DNA of 64,000 bases from contig NIVC01001049.1 in NCBI GenBank assembly GCA_002269645.1, forward strand, positions 248,001 through 312,000, written 5' to 3'. Position numbers and translations under genes: made by a program. Below are positions 35,622 through 46,060 of the stretch, in pieces; position 1 is the stretch's first letter; the number at the start of each line of letters is the position of its first letter. The notes under the pieces were generated by a model. It was not told the origin of the DNA. It saw only the letters and a list, made by a program, of their open reading frames with translations, and did no database searches. The DNA comes from Macrostomum lignano. Lineage: Eukaryota.

Positions 35622-36069
35622 ATGAACTCGGAACTCAGTGTCTGTGGCGCATTAATCAGATATAAAATATGCTCTCAGCAGTATTAGTAATCTCATTGCT
35701 CAATAATATAGAAAATATATTTTATACAGACACCCGAAGAGGGACCACTTTTGACGAAAATGTCAAAAACTTCTAGGGGTCATGAGCAAACGCTTGTAAA
35801 TTACCGAGGTTCCGTTAAATATTTAAAATAAATGGTCAATTCTACTGCTTTGTTGACTTTTTTTGCGCTTTTTATGTACAAATGTATACTCATGTGAGTA
35901 AGTAGCTCATGTACAAATGTATACAAATGTATACTACTGTACTCCATTCCATCCACTGTACAGAGTTACAATATAAAATTTGCTAAAAAGCTCAGCTAGT
36001 TCGGATTTTCACTAGAAAAAAAAAGGAATTCAGAAAATAATTTGAAATATCAAGTGCGCCTAAGCTTAG

Positions 36070-36450
36070 TACGTCAGGGAGGCGACGTCACAGGCAGCTT
36101 TTGAGACCGTCCTGCTTTACAATGTCGAGACCGGAAAGCTGACGGACTCGCTCGAACAGCAAGTTAACGTGGCGCGCTTCAAGACCAGCGACGAGCCAGT
36201 GAACAATGCGGCACCCAATCGCCACGCCGCCACATCATCTGCGCCCAGTCTCACTTCCCGCAGCCGGTGCAAGAGTTGCTGCTGCTGACACTGCAGTCAC
36301 CCTACCGGCGGGAACAGGCAGGCACTCGGAGTTTTGTCGACTGCCTGCTGGATGACGCCGGCGCCCCAGACTCAGGTTTGCTCAGAGACGCACCTTGTGA
36401 CGCTGCTTTATTAAGACCTGACAGCGTATTCTGTTTGCTGTTGTTGTGAA
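36070..36450 (+). mobile_element. Degenerate RTE-like LINE 3' fragment
   Basis: AAFETVLLYNVET..LTDSLEQQV resembles the post-RT VLLYxxETW motif of RTE-type LINEs. Confidence 0.5.
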
Positions 36451-37274
36451 CGCAACCTGAGCATAGTTATAATATGGAAAACTTTAATTGCACTGAAATT
36501 CTCGACAAGGACAGTCGTATCATCAGTTTCAGCAAAAATGGGGAGTTTGGGACAGACTTTAGAGCCGTCTTTGATTCTAATTTCTGCTAATTTTACATAC
36601 GGAATTCAGTTAAGACAACTTCAGAAAATTGCGCGTTATCTCCACATTTAGTAGAAGTGTTAGATTCCAAATCACTAATTTAGGTACCACGTAACTACGT
36701 CATTAGGCATGAGCTACTTACTCATTAAAGGCGATCAGGTACAAAGCACACGCTACACTAATGCGGTAGTACTGCTCGCATCACAAGTGGTCGTCTGCAT
36801 GCGTCATGCCCAAAATAAACTGTAGAGAAAAGCAACTAAAACGGAAACCAAATAGGATCGATCGTACAAGGTACAACTCAGTCTATTCAAGTGTGCGGTG
36901 AGCTACTAAGATATCTTTCCCACCCCAGAAGGACGAGTGTACAAAGCACTGTACACGGTACAAATAGTTAATTTGGCAACCAGCCGTGAAAGCAAATGGC
37001 AATTCTGGGGAAAGCCAGCAAGTACATTGTTGTATTTCCGTCAATTTTTGTTCACTGCCGTCATTCCCATCTACGCTCTTTTCTGCTTTCATTGCACGAT
37101 TGTGCATTAAGGCAAAATAGAGAATACGTACCGGATGCACCTTGCAAAATGAAGGCAAAGTCTCACTCTATTTCACTCACCCCACAACTAAAATTCTGTA
37201 TATATTTAGATTGACGGGTCCATGCTAACAATTCAATTATCAAGTTAACAAACTTCTCTGCTTCCAGTTCAGCC

Positions 37275-38501
37275 ATGTCCGAGCTGCCTTCAAGTGTGTC
37301 GGCAGCGAGGCCGGTCTCTGATCTGCCGGCTCACCTGCAGTGCAGCAGCTGCTCCAAGCCGCTCTTCAACGCCCGACAGACTCCGCACGGGTGCCGCCTG
37401 TGCCACGCCTGCGTCACCGGCCTGCTGCACGAGGTGGAGAAGCGGCCCTGTCCCGGACACACCGAGGCCTGCACACTCAGAGACCACCACTCGGAGGAGG
37501 ACGTCGGCGGCGGCGGCAGCGGCGGCGAGGTCGATATCGAGGTGAGCCAGGCTACCTGCTTTCCCGACATGGCGACGAGACGCGAGGTCGCCAAGCTGCG
37601 AGTCCGCTGTCCGAACTGCGACGCCGGCTGCTCTGTCCAACTCGAATGGGCTCGCATGGACCAGCATGTGCAACAGAGCTGCAACTGGCACTCACTCCGC
37701 TGTGAGCAGTGCAAAGAGCTCATCCTGAAGAAGGACATGCAGCGACACACCAGCAGCGAGTGTCGCCACAGGAAGGAGACCTGCGACCTGTGCTCTCAGC
37801 TGGTCACACACAGCGAGATGGAGACCAGTCACAGGAATCTGCAGTCCGATGTGTGCTGTCCATTGTTCTTAGCCTACTGCCCTCACTGTAGCTACAGAAG
37901 CAGGAAGATGGACAGGCGGGGATATGTTGCTCACCTGTCGGAGTGTCCCGAGAGACCGGTAGAGTGCAAGTACTCTCACCTGGGCTGCAGGGCGATGGTG
38001 CGCAGGTCCGACCTGGAGAGGCACTACAAGGAGAGCGTGGACTCTCATCTTGAGCTCATGGACTCGAAACTGAAGCAGGCAGCGATAGCTCAACAGAGTC
38101 CTGGTAAGAAATATAGTCGAAATCAGTAAAATGATCATCCAGGAGAAGCTGCCAGTATCAGATGCTTTCATTCTTGATAAAATATAATTTTCTCTTTTAT
38201 AACAGCTGCTGCCCCGCAGTCCTTCGTCGGTCCCACAGCGTCCACCGATGCTCATGAAGTCATCAACGTGAAGCGACGAGTCGGCAGCGTCTTCGAGCAG
38301 TTCAAGAAGCTGCAGGTCAACGTGGCGAACTGGGCTCACAGCACCATGGAGCTCGAGCAGCTGGCTGACAGGTTCGGAGGCGTCTCGCAGCTGCGGACTC
38401 TGCTGAGCGGACTGGACGAGCGGACGAGGAGCGTCGAGCAGCTGCAGCAGCAGGTGCAGCAGCTCCAGCAGCAGGTGCAGCAGCTACAGGAAAGGATTTA
38501 A
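37275..38501 (+). CDS. TRAF-like copy 4, MATH-less
   Basis: Exons 37275-38103 and 38206-38501, phase 1. Extended Gly linker and a divergent patch at 37861-37908. Confidence 0.85.
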
Positions 38502-39029
38502 TGCTGTCATTGGTTCTCCTCGGATTTTCATGAACCGATGGTGCAGCTGCACACAACTTCGAATTTTATTCGTTACCTGATAGATTAAACCAATAATCAA
38601 TGATCGGTGCCTTTTTAGCACTAGCACCAATTAGCATCTTAATGGAACTTGCATGAGTGTTGTTTTGCAATGGTATTTCAAGCATAAAAGTGACAACCGA
38701 AAAAATTGCTTATTCAAAATCTTTGTTCTTTTTGGTGCAGATAGCCTTTGCTAAATATATAAGTATGCAAAATATACAAAAAATGGTTCATTGTTGTCCT
38801 TGGCAGAACGATTATACTGCCCTAATCCAGTGCTGTCTGGGACAGTAAGGCTCCAATCATTACCAAAAAAGTCAGACGTCTCAAAGTACGGAACAGTCTA
38901 CCGTAGGTTAATCTAAGGAATTCGGAAACAAATTTGCTCTTAGTGGTTCAACTGCCTGAGCTTTTAGAAATAAGGTTTATTTACTATTCGAGACCCTGGA
39001 AAAGCTAGTCAATATCTTTAACAAAGATA

Positions 39030-40724
39030 TTACGCCACTGTTTTTGACACTTGCGTCACAGTCAGTGGTAGCGAACCCACGGAGGAGCAAGTCGCCTTCC
39101 GCCGGGAGCTCGCCAGCCTGTACAACAGGTCGACCAGCTCGGCGATGATCGCGATTGACAGCCCGCACCAGATGCCGCAGATGCTGCCCACCTGGCACAG
39201 GAAGACAGCCGGAGTGGTGATTGGAGTCTGGCGAAAGCTCTGCAGCATGAAGGGGTTTCTGCTTAGCTCGGCCATGAAGGGCCGTGGTCGAGAGACGTTG
39301 GAGCAAAGCTTCTCTGCTGAACTCTTCGAGCTGGCGTTGGTCAGCAGGGCGGCTTCGACATCCGAGATCCCGGCGCCCTGGTAGTTGACCTCGTAGATGG
39401 CCTGCTCCATCACGCAGCGCTGGAGATCATTCATGGGGACGTAGCTGGCACCCGAGACCGTGGCCGGGAACCAGAACTCTCGGCAGGAGCTCTCGCAGTT
39501 TTCATCGTAGACCTGAGACGAGCTCAGGACGTCGTCAACGCAGAAGTCCCTTTTGGAGAAAGCTTCAACTGAGTCGTCTGGTGTGAAAGCGTTGCATCGC
39601 ATCGTGCGGTCCGTCAGGTTCAACAGGCCGATGTCGAGAGTGCAGTTGCATCGCCGATGCACTTCTTTGCGAATCGCCTGCACTATGCACATCTCTTTTG
39701 TGTACTTAAAGTGCCGGTGCCGCACCGTTCCGTTGTCTACGCGGTACTCTGTCGACCATCCAGACAGGCTGTTGCACTTCAGCCTTTGCAGCCTACTCTG
39801 AGTGAACTTCACCTGGTTGTAGTAGTTGCTTGGCAGTAGCAGTCTGTTGTGGGTAAAGGGCACCTCTAACTCGCTGTGCAGGTCGAAAACAAAGCCATTG
39901 GTGGAAGTGAGACCGTCGATGGGGAATCCAGTTGAAAAATGATTGTCAGTGGACGAGTTGGTGGCGTTTGCTGCGACCGGAGCGGTCGGAATCACCAGAA
40001 CAATTGACTGGGTGAGCTTGGACATTGCGGCTGGCAAAGTCACTGTGTAGCAGCTTAGGTAGTCTGGATGGTGGAATGGCACGAGAGTGTAATCGCTGGG
40101 CACCAGCCAGATCACTCTTCCTGTCACCTGCAGCATGCGAATGATGGGCGCCCCGATGCTTGCTCCCAGACTGGAGACTTCGTGCAAACTTCTATTGGCC
40201 CGCGACAGGGTTCCCAGCACAGTGGCTATGTAGTTTCTGAAGCTCTCGATGAGCAGCAGGAAGCCTCTGTCAGCGCTTGGATGCTTCAGATAGAACTTCT
40301 GCACGCGATTGCGAACGTGGCTAGAAAATTCGGCCGGAGTGAGGACTCGGCCGGCCGACAGGTAACTGAGGGCGCTTTGACTCAAGCGCGTCCCGTCGCA
40401 GTAGGACACGCTGGGGAATGGCTGGTTCGCGCTGGAAGCAAAGTGCAGATCAACAACCAGGTCGCCCTTGACAAAGTTCAGAGTCAGCAGCGTCAGGTGG
40501 CAGGTCATGCCCACAAAGCAGGCCAGCACAAAGCAGGTCCAGAACGCGCGCAGCAGGGCGCTGTCTGAATGAACCGTCCGACGTAGCGATCGAATGGACG
40601 ATTCGGCAGCGAACTGGGTCAGGTACGAGGATATCGGTGAGGCGTGCTGCATTGAGGAGCGTGCGGTTGCACTTGCGGAGCCCAGCCTTTTTCTCTTAGA
40701 CAATCTACCCTGTCTTGAATCCAT
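39030..40724 (-). CDS. DEG/ENaC (amiloride-sensitive sodium channel family) subunit, intronless, 564 aa
   Basis: RAFWTCFVL (TM1), FPSVSYC, Cys-rich ectodomain (CIVQ...CNC...C...C..SC), FLCQVGSICGIWCGLSIAIIAELV (TM2 with GxS). Confidence 0.85.
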   Translation of the reverse strand: MDSRQGRLSKRKRLGSASATARSSMQHASPISSYLTQFAAESSIRSLRRTVHSDSALLRAFWTCFVLACFVGMTCHLTLLTLNFVKGDLVVDLHFASSANQPFPSVSYCDGTRLSQSALSYLSAGRVLTPAEFSSHVRNRVQKFYLKHPSADRGFLLLIESFRNYIATVLGTLSRANRSLHEVSSLGASIGAPIIRMLQVTGRVIWLVPSDYTLVPFHHPDYLSCYTVTLPAAMSKLTQSIVLVIPTAPVAANATNSSTDNHFSTGFPIDGLTSTNGFVFDLHSELEVPFTHNRLLLPSNYYNQVKFTQSRLQRLKCNSLSGWSTEYRVDNGTVRHRHFKYTKEMCIVQAIRKEVHRRCNCTLDIGLLNLTDRTMRCNAFTPDDSVEAFSKRDFCVDDVLSSSQVYDENCESSCREFWFPATVSGASYVPMNDLQRCVMEQAIYEVNYQGAGISDVEAALLTNASSKSSAEKLCSNVSRPRPFMAELSRNPFMLQSFRQTPITTPAVFLCQVGSICGIWCGLSIAIIAELVDLLYRLASSRRKATCSSVGSLPLTVTQVSKTVA

Positions 40725-41319
40725 TTTCGTAGTCAGGTTGATGTTTGCATTCCCAGTGCCGCATCAGCTCAGGTTGATCAGCTGGATGGAAACTGTAGAC
40801 AGTGAGAGATGATTGAGGCAGCTTTCATCGGTTGGTTGCGTAGGTCCGTAGTGTCTTTTAGCTGATCAGCAAATTGGGAGCGATCTGGCAAACAAGTGCT
40901 GAAACCCAGGCCATTAATTCCATGAGTTTAATTCCCGCTCCCCGAACTGCGGCTGGGCAAACACGAGACGCAAACCCGTGAACTGCAAACAGAGCGCTGC
41001 TCCTGCTCATTTTGCAGTTCCTGTTGGTTCGCGCACCAAGTTCTGGTGCAGTACTGCGTCATACTCGCATTTGCTAATACTGCGCTCTTGCAAACTCCTA
41101 CCTGACAGAATCCCCTTTGCAGTCGCTTGTCTTGCGGCTGTGGCCACTTCTGTCAATGAGTTGCGTAGGAGGCGGTCCTGACCTGTAAGAGCGGTGCCAT
41201 TGATTGCAAGTTTGGACCAAAATAGCAGAAAAACACTCGCACTACCCAGCGGCTGCACCCATCTTGATGCAATTGGCGATTCGAAGGCATAAAAGAAGCA
41301 TTAAAGCTCTTCCCGTTTT

Positions 41320-41690
41320 TTATTTTTTTTTATTAGAGGCAGGGGGGTTGTGTGCACCCTGGCGCACTTTAAGCGACATAGGCGCATAACCGGCGAGAGG
41401 CATTACTGCCCATTCCGCCGACTCCCCTGAGCAGGCATACAAGCGCGCGGATACGTTACGCAGGCACACACTCACACAGGAGTGTACAGCGGCCCTAACT
41501 TTATCAACTGTTAGGCATGTACACTTCACTGCGCCTTGGGGGGTTGGCTCTCAAGGCCGTTAATTGCACAAGCGAGCCAAGCCGAAATTCCAATTCAGCC
41601 CCAAATTAATGTGAGTGCACTTGGAATCGAGCCTGGGTCGCGGCACAACAGAGCAGCTGCGCTACCGCTGGGCTACGGCCCCCCAGCCCT
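41320..41690 (-). mobile_element. tRNA-derived SINE, copy C (full length)
   Basis: Minus strand reads ggggccgtagcccagcggtagcgc (A box)...ggctcgattcc (B box), then the shared body and an A-rich tail. Confidence 0.82.
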
Positions 41691-41899
41691 TCCCGTTAGT
41701 GTGAAAGTCAAAATTGTAATTGTAATAATTGTAATTGTAATAGACGAAATTACAATTACAATGCATATCTCAAAACTACACAGTGCAATGTTTTTGGTAA
41801 ACTTACGAACGTATTATTCACACCAATAAAAGCAGCTGATTCACACCATAGATTCGAGTCGAGCCTGCCTCAATCGTTTTCACTGCATAGTTTCCAATT

Positions 41900-42660
41900 A
41901 GCTCTGGCGTGCCGCCGGCGACACCCCCTTTCCCTCGAGCTGTTCGTCCTGCCTGCTGATGGACTGCGTGCTCCGCGGGATTATGCAGGAAGAGGATGGC
42001 TTTGTAATCCCCAGCGCCGCAGCTCGCGGCATTCTAAGGTCTGACCCTCCTGACTGGCCTATGCTGACGACATAGCCCTTGTCTGCTGCGGCCCAAAGTC
42101 AGCACAGAGAGCGACAAACCGGCTCTTCGAGGAGGTGCCCGCGTGGATTTGCAGATCAGCGCCAAAAAGACCGAGGTGCTCCATGTGGGCACTGAGACTG
42201 CCCCGCCTCAGCCGCTGCCCAATGGGGAGACAAGAGCCGCCTGCCAGGACTTTAATACCTCGGCGTCCCGGTCATGCGACCCAGTGTCATCATTCAGGAC
42301 TGGCTGCAGCAGACTTGGCGTGCCTCCCACCAACTCGGCAGTTTTTCCGCTCAGCAACAACACTAATATTCTGCTGTTCAGGAGAGCTGTGGAGCCCATC
42401 CTGCTCTATCGGCTGGAGGCGGTCCGCACGACAGCAACCCGCTTTGCTGCTCTGAACGCCTAGTACCGTACCATCGACTGCTGCGCAACTCTCTCGGATG
42501 CCGCTACCCAGAGTTGCTGAGCAACGAGCAGCTGGCGGCCCGATCGCAAGCACCGCCCCTGAGCCGACTGGCCCTGGTGGGCCGCTTTCGGGGGGATGCC
42601 TTCCCCTAGCCACCCTGATGCTGCACGACCCGACAAAGTCAAATTTAAATTTAAAGAGCA
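41900..42660 (+). mobile_element. Degenerate RTE-like non-LTR retrotransposon RT fragment
   Basis: YADDIAL at about 42060; LQISAKKTEV; CQDF.YLG; RAVEPILLY. Multiple frameshifts. Confidence 0.75.
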
Positions 42661-43056
42661 ACACAACTATCAGTCAGGCGGAACCAGCTCTGAGATAAGT
42701 TCATTTTCAACCACTAGCTTTTCCACGTTGCAAAAGAGATCTATTTTACTTTTTACTTGAAGGGGCTACGGAGTAAGAGAACCACAAAACATGTAAGCTA
42801 TTGTACAAAGGCGACGTACCTAATTACAAAAGTCAAAGACATCCATTAGTGTAGGAGCGCTAACGGGGAACTACCCAATAAATCATGAAGTCGGTACAAC
42901 CGAGTAAAGAGAATCTAATATACTAAAATAGTTTGTCTGTCCATATATCCACCTAAAGATAGCGGGTACCACCGCATAACTAAATGCAAGCAAACCGTTT
43001 TAAGCTTGACACTCAAAACGAAAAATAGTTGGATCAGCATCGCACAAAAAATTCAA

Positions 43057-44251
43057 ATGGCCTTTGAGCTGCCCCAGCGAGTGTCGGGAGCCCGGCCGGT
43101 CTCCGCTGTACCGGCCCATCTGCAGTGCAGCAGCTGCTCCAAGCCGCTCTTCAACGCCCGACAGACTCCGCACGGGTGCCGCCTGTGCCACGCCTGCGTC
43201 ACCGGCCTGCTGCACGAGGTGGAGAAGCGGCCCTGTCCCGGACACACCGAGGCCTGCACACTCAGAGACCACCACTCGGAGGAGGACGGCGGCGGCGAGG
43301 TCGAGATCGAGGTGAGCCAGGCTACCTGCTTTCCCGACATGGCGACGAGACGCGAGGTCGCCAAGCTGCGAGTCCGCTGTCCGAACTGCGACGCCGGCTG
43401 CTCTGTCCAACTCGAATGGGCTCGCATGGACCAGCATGTGCAACAGAGCTGCGACTGGCACTCACTCCGCTGTGAGCAGTGCAAAGAGCTCATCCTGAAG
43501 AAGGACATGCAGCGACACACCAGCAGCGAGTGTCGCCACAGGAAGGAGACCTGCGACCTGTGCTCTCAGCTGGTCACACACAGCGAGATGGAGACCAGTC
43601 ACAGGAATCTGCAGTCCGATGTGTGCTGTCCGAGATTCTCAGCTCGCTGTCCTCACTGCTCGGAGCGGAGCACACCGATGGACAGGCGGGGATATGTTGC
43701 TCACCTGTCGGAGTGTCCAGAGAGACCGGAAGAGTGCAAGTACTCTCACCTGGGCTGCAGGACGATGGTGCGGAGGTCCGATCTGGAGAGGCACTACAGG
43801 GAGAGCATGGACTCTCACCTTGAGCTCATGGACTCGAAACTCAAGCAGGCAGCGATAGCTCAGCAGAGTCCTGGTGAGATTTGCTTTCGAAGTGATGCGT
43901 CATGCAGAGGCTGCCATATTGAGATTTGGAATCACATTTGACAATTTTACAATCATTCATTCGCCAGCCGCCGCAGCTACCACCGGCACCGCCGACGGTG
44001 GCGAGGTGGCCGACGTGAAGCGGCGAGTCGGCAGCGTCTTCGAGCAGTTCAAGAAGCTGCAGGTCAACGTGGCGAACTGGGCTCACAGCACCATGGAGCT
44101 CGAGCAGCTGGCTGACAGGTTCGGAGGCGTCTCGCAGCTGCGGACTCTGCTGAGCGGACTGGACGAGCGGACAAGGAGCGTCGAGCAGCTGCAGCAGCAG
44201 GTGCAGCAGCTCCAGCAGCAGGTGCAGCAGCTGCAACAACCAAGGGCATGA
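43057..44251 (+). CDS. TRAF-like copy 5, MATH-less
   Basis: Exons 43057-43873 and 43968-44251, phase 1. The stop lies at the junction with the inverted fragment. Confidence 0.82.
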
Positions 44252-44258
44252 GCCTGGC

Positions 44259-44668
44259 CAGGTAGCCTGGCTCACCTCGACCTCGCCGCCGCTGCCACCG
44301 CCGCCAGCGTCCTCCTCCGAGTGGTGGTCTCTGAGTGTGCAGGCCTCGGTGTGTCCGGGACAGGGCCGCTTCTCCACCTCGTGCAGCAGGCCGGTGACGC
44401 AGGCGTGGCACAGGCGGCACCCGTGCGGAGTCTGTCGGGCGTTGAAGAGCGGCTTGGAGCAGCTGCTGCACTGCAGATGGGCCGGTACAGCGGAGACCGG
44501 CCGGGCTCCCGACACTCGCTGGGGCAGCTCAAAGGCCATTTGAATTTTTTGGTGCGATGCTGATCCAACTAGCTTTCGTTTTGAGCGTCGAGTTTAAATT
44601 GTTTTGCTTAGGTATGCGGTGGTACCCGCTATCTTTAGGTGGATATTAGATTCTCTTACTCGGCTGTA
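44259..44668 (-). pseudogene. TRAF-like copy 6: inverted 5' fragment (upstream region + RING only)
   Basis: ATG at 44539 (MAFELPQRVSGARP...). Homology stops at 44259; upstream sequence resembles 42893-43056. Confidence 0.85.
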
Positions 44669-45176
44669 CGGCGTCGCCGATCTATTTATAGCGCTTGCCC
44701 GAAATGGAAATTCCATGGCACGGCCACAAGGAACTGTTCTATTTTTAGAAGCGACCACGCATATACGCTTGTACTGGACCAGAGATGGTGTGTACATTTA
44801 TGGGAAGCTTAGGGAATTTCCCAATGAATTATTCTGTTCTTGCAAACACTGTACAAGAAATCTGTGCCTTAAGACTCCACTGACTCCGCCTTAGCTATTG
44901 CTTTGCGAGACGCGGTCTGTGTATAAGGCATTACCTCGTAATTGTGTTATTGTGTGTAATTTTCAAATAGAATCATTAACAGAATAGCTTGTGACACAAT
45001 ACCTTGGTAGAGAATTGCTCATTTGGCAATTGCATGTCATTGTGTAATACGAACTTTACATAGACAACACCAGAGTTAAGAAAGTAAAGAGACGCAACCG
45101 GAAAGAAAATACCATAGACAAAAGAAAACAAGTGCAGTCTGTAAGAACAGTTAAGAAGAGCGTCCACAGCATACAG

Positions 45177-45836
45177 GGGCCTTTGCTGTAGAATACTCTT
45201 AAATCCTAAATCCATGCGAGTGTCCTAACTCCAAGGACCAAATCTTACTCTTAGGTTAGTAGGAGTGTCATTTTATCATGTTTTCGGGCAGCAACCTCGG
45301 CTCGGACTCGGCTCGGAGCCAACGATCGACGACCCAGGAAATCTAAGCAAAGAATAAACTTTTTAGAACAGTTTCATACTGTGTCACGATTTCGGCTCAA
45401 TGCGAAACAACTCGCTATCTGGAAAAATCGAATTCCAAGCCGGACTCGTTGCAACTATGATTTTAGTGCCGAGCAGCAGGTTTTAGTAATAGCAGGCGAG
45501 AGGGCACCGAAAAGTGCATCTTTTAGGGCCGCAATGGCTTTAACGAATGCATTTTTTTGGCTGACTTGCATTGTTGAATTACTCCTGAAGGTGACATCTA
45601 GGAGTTTATAATATAGTACGCAGATTGGCAGGACTCCCTAGCCAATCACCTTACACTCCTTAGAACTCCTCACTCCCCTGCTGCACTCCATCGAACAACT
45701 CCTAGCTAACTCCGAACTCTTGATTCTTGAACTAGCTATAGCACTCAAAATCGATTCACTCCTTGCTAGGAGCACTCCTGACTCCTGACTCCTTACTCCT
45801 GACTCCTAGTAACTCCCGACTCCTGACTCCTAACTT

Positions 45837-45874
<38 letters not shown>

Positions 45875-45881
45875 ACTCCTT

Positions 45882-45916
<35 letters not shown>

Positions 45917-45923
45917 ACTCCTT

Positions 45924-45958
<35 letters not shown>

Positions 45959-45986
45959 ACTTCTGACTCCTGACTCCTGACTCCTA

Positions 45987-46034
<48 letters not shown>

Positions 46035-46060
46035 TGCTCTTTAATCTATAGCACGGGCAC
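45177..46060. mobile_element. Non-autonomous Harbinger-family element (MITE) with internal 7-bp ctcctga array
   Basis: Degenerate TIRs gggcctttgctgtaga / tctatagcacgggcac resemble the 6806-10035 TIR. CAG TSD at 45174-45176 and 46061-46063; actcct/ggagt motifs as in the Harbinger subterminal regions. Array at about 45775-46035. Confidence 0.75.
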
